Shown here in pieces: positions 40,301 through 44,724 of a DNA stretch of 44,724 nucleotides. A model generated the notes under the pieces. It saw only the letters and a program-made list of their open reading frames with translations. It made no database searches and was not told where the DNA came from. This DNA comes from Candidatus Peribacteraceae bacterium. GTDB lineage: Bacteria > Patescibacteriota > Gracilibacteria > Peribacterales > Peribacteraceae. The stretch is taken from positions 1-44,724 of the forward strand of contig JABFSS010000068.1 of the NCBI GenBank assembly GCA_013140485.1, written 5' to 3'. Position 1 is the first letter of the stretch, and the number at the start of each line of letters is the position of its first letter. The position numbers and the translations under genes are program-made.

Positions 40301-42292
40301 TCTCAGACGCTACCTGCCGGATTTACCTTCCTGAATTCCGCTCCCGGTGGCCCAGACGGTTGCAAGCTCATCGGAACCAACAAAGTGATTTGCCCTTTTA
40401 CCAACCTGAATTCCACTGCGTCGAAGAGTTTCCTCGTCTACGTGAAGGTTCCGGCCAACTACCCGTGCAACACGAATTTCACGACGCAGATTGCGATTGC
40501 GACCAGTTCCGCGGCGGATCCGAATCCGGGGAACAACACCTCGACGGCAACGACGAAGGTGACGTGCACTGGTAACTCGTCGTCGTCTTCAAGCTCGACG
40601 AGTTCCTCGACGTCATCGAGTTCGTCGAGTTCAACATCGACCAGCTCCAGCACGAGCTCCTCAAGTTCAAGCTCCACCTCGTCGAGTTCGAGTTCAAGCT
40701 CCACATCCTCGAGTTCGACCTCCTCCAGTTCCAGCAGCAGTTCCTCCACGGGCCCCGGCGTCGACGTCAAAACAACCCTCAAGCTTCCTCCCCAGATCCA
40801 TGCAGGAGACAAACTTCCGGAGAACTGGATCATTGAAGTGGTGGGAGCAGGCAATGCGACGGGCACGGTGACGCAGACGCTGCCTACAGGATTCGTCTTC
40901 CAGAACTCCGCACCAAGCGGATGCACGCCCCTGGCGAACAACAAAGTGAGCTGCCCGTTCACTGGTCTAAATTCCAGTGCAGCGAAAAGTTACCTTGTCT
41001 ACGTGAAGGTTCCGGCCAATTACCCGTGCAACACGAATTTCACGACGCAGATTGCCGTTGCAACCAGTTCCGCAGCGGATCCGGTTCCGGGGAACAACAT
41101 GTCTGAGGCATTCACGAAGGTGACGTGCGCCTCCGTCTCGACGGGCAACCTCTACGTCTCGCAGAACACCACTCCGCTCCGCAGTCGCCAACTGACCGGC
41201 GGCGCGCTCGGCGAAGCGGTGCTCCGTCTTACATTCCGCGCGGACACGGAGAAGATCGACGTGACCGATCTGCAGTTGAGCCAGCTCAACGGCACGACCA
41301 TCGGCTCCATCGACCGGCTCGAATTGTACAAGCCGGGAGAAACGTTGCCGTTTGCCAGCGCGACCGTCGCCGGTTGCGGGACCGACGTCACGCCTCCAAA
41401 GACCTTCTGCGCCAAGATGCTGTCGCAACAGCTTGTAATCGCACCGGATCTCGACGTGGTCGTGATCGTGCAACCGCGCATGAAGACGGACGAGAACGGC
41501 GCGGTATCGGGTGACGCGGTGCAGCTCTTTGTGTCTCCCGCCGCCGTCGTGAACTACACCACCGGCGAAGGCGCGGTGAAGGCGCGCGGATTGGCCTCCA
41601 GCCGCACGCTGGCCGCGAACAACGGCAATGCGACGCCCGAGGGCGAGATCTTCATCGGCCGCACGTCCGCCGCATCGACGAACCAGCAGATCACGGGGAA
41701 TCCCAACGTGACGGTGCTGAGCAAGATCATGGCCATCGTAAACGCCAACCCGGATGCAAACGGCACCAATGTCCCCACAGGAATCGCCGACGTCGGCCAA
41801 TTCAAAATCACCGCGGCGCCGAATAACAACACGAAGAACGGGTCCAATGACGTCGTCGTCGCCGACGCATTCTTCAACGTCATCGCCACGAACGTCGCGA
41901 TTGACGGCTCTTCCTTGAAGTTCTTCAACAAAGCCAGCAGCAGCACGTTCGTCTCCTGTTCTCCGGTAGCAACGGACGGCTCGCCGCTCGCGGGCACCGT
42001 GACCGGCAACTTCCTGGCCAAATGCACCGATCTGAGCGGAGCAAACACCGCCATTGATTCCGGCACGGACCAGACGTTCGTTCTCCGTCTGAACATCACG
42101 AATCCGAAAGTCGACTCTACACAGGCGTCCGCACTTCAGGTGAGCCTGCAGAACTTCGATTCCATCGCCAACGGAAGCCTCAGCGCCATCACCAGCCACT
42201 TCCAGTGGCACGATACGGACACCGTCTCGACGCCGTACCTCTGGGTGGAATACCCGGAGACGATCGTGAAGTCGACGATGTATCAGTCCTGA
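37322..42292 (+). CDS. Large secreted S8 (subtilisin-like) serine protease with FN3-like, beta-sandwich and three DUF11-like repeats separated by poly-Ser linkers
   Basis: Signal peptide; catalytic VAVIDTG, HGTHCAG and GTSMATPHVAG; repeats starting GVDVxxTLK at ~39620, ~40185 and ~40755. Confidence 0.92.
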   Translation: MRALPSFSRAVSSFLIVALSVGSSVSLPAMAVAKGRTDVVRSEGRAQYTADQVIVKLKNAPTTDAASAMTNIAREKGVQVKNVKNLLRKTAQVKGKARLEALADTIFTVNLNGGDPVAVARQLKTDPRVAFAEPNYKLHALVTPNDPLYGQQWDLSNTGQTGGTTDADIDAPEGWNTTHDSTLTVAVIDTGVDYTHPDLAGNMWTNPGEIAGNGLDDDVNGYVDDVHGYDFVNRDGNPMDDFGHGTHCAGTIGAKGNNGVGIAGINWNVKIAALKFLDSSGGGTTEGAVEAILYANKMGFKVTSNSWGGGGFSQILYDAIAAANSEGRIFIAASGNDGSDTDAFPMYPAAYDLPNIISVAATDHNDALSGFSNYGAVSVDIAAPGDDTLSTVPTGSCQLCDPSGYLLLSGTSMATPHVAGAAALLWSREPGLTNAQLKTKLLARVDTLPSLTGKMVSDGRMNLQTLFEVDTTAPSPVTNLTATATAFNAIALTWTATGDDATTGRASRYDVRYSTGPITAGNFATATVATGEPVPGSAGSAESMVIRGLDPLTTYYVAMKVIDNVGNASALSNVPSAKTLAATTIFTDNMENGINGWATGGVIFDADNLWHQSTRRNVSPTHAWYYGKESTGNYDTGTHNIGTLTSPVISLSNLTSSELVFSQFVDTENFSFVDLAQVQARVLTSSVSTSASPLYGPPPLPDPNQWTTLLQTGTTNGIFTKESVDLSAFDGKTIQIRFLFDTVDDFLNAFEGWYVDDVSVRGTSTAVGVDVRPTLKLAPQIHAGDTLPESWTIEVIGEGSATGIVSQTLPAGFVFLNSVPGGPNGCKLVETNKVSCPFTNLKSGSPQGYLVYVKVPANYPCNTNFTTQIAVESSSATDPTPGNNTSTATTKVTCTGNSSSSSSSTSSSSSTSSSSSSSSRTSSSSSSSTSSSSSSSSTSSSSTSSSSSSSSSTGPGVDVRPTLKLPPQIHAGSDLPENWIMEVLGSGNATGTISQTLPAGFTFLNSAPGGPDGCKLIGTNKVICPFTNLNSTASKSFLVYVKVPANYPCNTNFTTQIAIATSSAADPNPGNNTSTATTKVTCTGNSSSSSSSTSSSTSSSSSSSTSTSSSTSSSSSSSTSSSSSSSSTSSSSTSSSSSSSSSTGPGVDVKTTLKLPPQIHAGDKLPENWIIEVVGAGNATGTVTQTLPTGFVFQNSAPSGCTPLANNKVSCPFTGLNSSAAKSYLVYVKVPANYPCNTNFTTQIAVATSSAADPVPGNNMSEAFTKVTCASVSTGNLYVSQNTTPLRSRQLTGGALGEAVLRLTFRADTEKIDVTDLQLSQLNGTTIGSIDRLELYKPGETLPFASATVAGCGTDVTPPKTFCAKMLSQQLVIAPDLDVVVIVQPRMKTDENGAVSGDAVQLFVSPAAVVNYTTGEGAVKARGLASSRTLAANNGNATPEGEIFIGRTSAASTNQQITGNPNVTVLSKIMAIVNANPDANGTNVPTGIADVGQFKITAAPNNNTKNGSNDVVVADAFFNVIATNVAIDGSSLKFFNKASSSTFVSCSPVATDGSPLAGTVTGNFLAKCTDLSGANTAIDSGTDQTFVLRLNITNPKVDSTQASALQVSLQNFDSIANGSLSAITSHFQWHDTDTVSTPYLWVEYPETIVKSTMYQS

Positions 42293-42316
42293 TGACACCG
42301 AATAAAAGACTGGAAG

Positions 42317-42339
42317 GAGCGGCCACGGGCCGCTCTTTT
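42317..42339 (+). terminator. Intrinsic terminator after the S8 protease
   Basis: gagcggcc-acg-ggccgctc-tttt. Confidence 0.8.
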
Positions 42340-42350
42340 CGAAAATGATC

Positions 42351-42518
42351 TTGACGATGGGGCAAGACGCACTAGCATGAAAGACTCATGAAACGGACAT
42401 CTTCCTTCGCCGCATTGCGTCGCCGCCGTCTGTTCTCCACAGAGGGCCGGTGACCTTGTAACTGCCGCGAATCACCAGCGCCCCCTCTGTGGAGGAGGGC
42501 GTTTTTTAAAAAACGCCC
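42351..42518 (+). promoter_or_regulatory. Candidate leader-peptide transcription attenuator
   Basis: TTGACG-16-TAGCAT; uORF 42388-42453; 12-bp antiterminator pairing competes with a terminator at 42479-42507. Confidence 0.6.
42388..42453 (+). CDS. Putative leader peptide MKRTSSFAALRRRRLFSTEGR
   Basis: 21-codon uORF with four consecutive Arg codons, overlapping the antiterminator arm. Confidence 0.5.
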   Translation: MKRTSSFAALRRRRLFSTEGR

Positions 42519-42549
42519 AGGCGCTGGTAGCGGCATTCTCCTTTCCATC

Positions 42550-43191
42550 ATGACCTCGATAGACACCATCGTCGCACTGAATGCGACCCTCTCAAAAGAT
42601 TCTCTATCTCCGGACAAGCACAACGCTTTGGCCGATGCGTTGGAACAATGCGGTTTTGTTTCTGCGGCACACAAACAACGCATGATCGCACTGATGCTCA
42701 CAAGCATTCCAAAAATTCAGGCAATGATCGGCGACTGCCCTCAATTCCACGGGCCGGTGGAAGGCGGCTTCGTTCTCAACAAGACGGAAATCTACGAGCC
42801 CAAAGAAAAGAATGAATGTGGCACGGCTGAACGCGGATTCAAGATACTTGGAGGGAATGCATACAGTGTCGGCTATTACACACTGGGGAACGACGAACCT
42901 TCTTTTCATCACATCACGCACAAGGACGACCCCCGGCTAACGGTCGAGATTGATTCCGGATCGCTGAGTATCATCGAAGGCACGCAGTCATTCACAAGTA
43001 TTGATGACATTCTCGCCCGAAAGGGACGCCTCGAGGATCCAATCCGGCAAACGCATTTCGGTTCTCCGCTGGTACTGGAAGAACTCGTTGCCAATCCGAT
43101 CCTCGACCGCGCATGGGAAATGGTCGTCACCGCGCGGAAGGCAATTGATGCCATTGTCACATCCATAACCACCGTCCGCAGAATGCCCTAG
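42550..43191 (+). CDS. Hypothetical protein
   Basis: 213-aa ORF followed by a terminator. Confidence 0.7.
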   Translation: MTSIDTIVALNATLSKDSLSPDKHNALADALEQCGFVSAAHKQRMIALMLTSIPKIQAMIGDCPQFHGPVEGGFVLNKTEIYEPKEKNECGTAERGFKILGGNAYSVGYYTLGNDEPSFHHITHKDDPRLTVEIDSGSLSIIEGTQSFTSIDDILARKGRLEDPIRQTHFGSPLVLEELVANPILDRAWEMVVTARKAIDAIVTSITTVRRMP

Positions 43192-43201
43192 AGACAGGAA
43201 C

Positions 43202-43226
43202 AGCCCCCGGCCGCGGGGGCTTTTTT
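43202..43226 (+). terminator. Intrinsic terminator
   Basis: agcccccg-gccg-cgggggct-ttttt. Confidence 0.85.
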
Positions 43227-43275
43227 GAAGCTTCAGCCATGGCTTTTGCCCATCTAGAGCCGTATTCTTGATCCA

Positions 43276-44724
43276 ATGAAGCTCCCCCCGCTCCCTTTCG
43301 TCGTTCTGGATACGGAGACCACGGGTTTCGTCCCGAAGGTACACCGGGTGATCGAGTTCGCGAGCACCGAAGTGCGGGACGGGAAAGTGAAGAACGAATA
43401 CGAACAACTCTTTCATCATGCCGACGTGCCGCCGGTAGTGCAGGTGCTGACGCGCATCAAGACGACGGATCTCGTCGGCAAGCCCGCGCTTGCGGATCAC
43501 CGCGAGGATATTCTCAAGCATCTGCCGGACGACGCGCTCATCGTCGGGCAGAACGTAAACTTCGACATCGGCATGCTCAAGGGGGAAGGAATCGACCTGT
43601 CCGGTCGCCCGTGCATCGATACGTCGATGCTCGCGTCGCTGGTGTTCCCGGAACTGGAGAGTTACTCGCTCGGATATCTGAGTACCGTGCTCAACTTGAA
43701 TCATGATCCGCCGCACCGCGCACTCGGCGATGTCCGCGCAACGATGGAACTGCTCGGCAAATGCTGGGAACGGCTGTTGGAATTGCCCAAAGACCTGCGC
43801 GACCTCGCCGACGCGATCATGGATCGCGCGCCGAAGGGTTACAAGATGCTCTTTGAGGCGTTACCTCCGCCCACGGCGAAGAAAGAACCGAAGTGGATTC
43901 ATTGGAAGGATTCCGTGACTTCTCCCAGTGGCGTTTCTTCTCCCATCTCACCCGGGACTCCCGATTTGGGGAAGCCTGCACTGCTTGATGAGCCGCTCGA
44001 CCCGCTCCACCTGCAAATGATCATCGAAGGGGCTCTGGCGGATTCCTCACGCAGGCACTGGATCGCCGTGAAGAGTCTCCGTCCGGTTCTTCGCCGGATG
44101 CCGGAACCGCTGATGAAGAATATCCGAGTCCTCTATCCCCCGCACTCGCTGGTCGATGTCGACGCCGTGCTCCGTTTCTCGCAACAGAAGGAATACACCG
44201 CCGACGAAGCCACTCTCGCGCTCAAGCTCGCCTGGTACGAACCGCAGCGCCGTGACGAGTTTCCTCTGCACGGCGGGGAAGACGCCGTGTGGAACGGCAA
44301 ACTGAGCTGCACGGCGGTGTCCAAAGCGTACCTGAAACAATTTGAAAAATTGCCGTCCGTCGTCCTGCTCGATCATCGCGAGATGCTGACGTTTATTATG
44401 GACAGTGCTCCCCCGGAGGCGAAGGCATTGAGTGCCGGAGCACACGTGATCATTGATGACACATCGATGCTCGAAGATACCGCGACGAAAGCGTTTGGCT
44501 GGTACTGCTCACTCGATGATTTACGGGCCGCCGCCGAAGGCAACGCGATGCTGACCAAATTCATGGACACGCTGCAGTTGTGGATCGAGAAAATTCGCCA
44601 GTTCCAGGACATCCGCTATCTGACGCAGCCCGATCTCACCGCGCCCGACGCGAAGGGGCTGACGAAGCTTCTCGATGATGTCCGGAATCAAGAATGGCCC
44701 GCCCAAGTCCTCGATAGACTGGAT
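43276..44724 (+). CDS. DEDDh 3'-5' exonuclease (DnaQ-like) fused to a degenerate DinG-like region; 3'-truncated
   Basis: Own translation (absent from the ORF track because there is no stop): FVVLDTETTG, VGQNVNFDIGML, IDT, HRALGDV; later VVLLDH and VIIDDTSMLEDTA. Confidence 0.85.
   Translation, partial: MKLPPLPFVVLDTETTGFVPKVHRVIEFASTEVRDGKVKNEYEQLFHHADVPPVVQVLTRIKTTDLVGKPALADHREDILKHLPDDALIVGQNVNFDIGMLKGEGIDLSGRPCIDTSMLASLVFPELESYSLGYLSTVLNLNHDPPHRALGDVRATMELLGKCWERLLELPKDLRDLADAIMDRAPKGYKMLFEALPPPTAKKEPKWIHWKDSVTSPSGVSSPISPGTPDLGKPALLDEPLDPLHLQMIIEGALADSSRRHWIAVKSLRPVLRRMPEPLMKNIRVLYPPHSLVDVDAVLRFSQQKEYTADEATLALKLAWYEPQRRDEFPLHGGEDAVWNGKLSCTAVSKAYLKQFEKLPSVVLLDHREMLTFIMDSAPPEAKALSAGAHVIIDDTSMLEDTATKAFGWYCSLDDLRAAAEGNAMLTKFMDTLQLWIEKIRQFQDIRYLTQPDLTAPDAKGLTKLLDDVRNQEWPAQVLDRLD

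Noticed and set aside
40010..40750. Ser-codon-rich tcgagttc repeats as a non-coding repeat element
   Set aside because: Fully explained as poly-Ser linkers in the S8 protease frame

Overview
Bacterial chromosomal window, most likely from a CPR/Patescibacteria genome (Peribacteria/Peregrinibacteria-like). This assignment is inferred from the divergent stand-alone 16S rRNA, fragmented operons, giant surface proteins and use of TGA as a stop codon. Contents: the 3' part of a giant repeat-rich, tail-fibre-like surface protein; yebC; rpsF-rpsR; an unlinked 16S rRNA gene with its processing stem; scattered sufD/sufB/sufC plus a 2Fe-2S ferredoxin; GT39 and GT2 glycosyltransferases; a ProX/YbaK editing protein; a SIMPL protein; a TPR protein; holB; secA; a VapBC-like pair; tsaB; nusA; a 1656-aa S8 protease; and a DEDDh exonuclease fused to a degenerate DinG-like region, with many ORFans in between. 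The most notable signals are non-coding. (1) At least 10 genes have a -10 box 6-7 nt before the start codon (leaderless architecture), no Shine-Dalgarno motifs were seen, and the 16S anti-SD tail is altered. (2) A seven-copy palindromic repeat family has a covarying 9-bp stem and an invariant GGA triloop; this family and other palindromes sit in frame inside housekeeping genes (yebC, holB, secA, tsaB). (3) A candidate Arg-rich leader-peptide attenuator precedes an orphan gene. (4) Two divergent genes share one CATG for their start codons. All calls were made by eye; no database searches were run.
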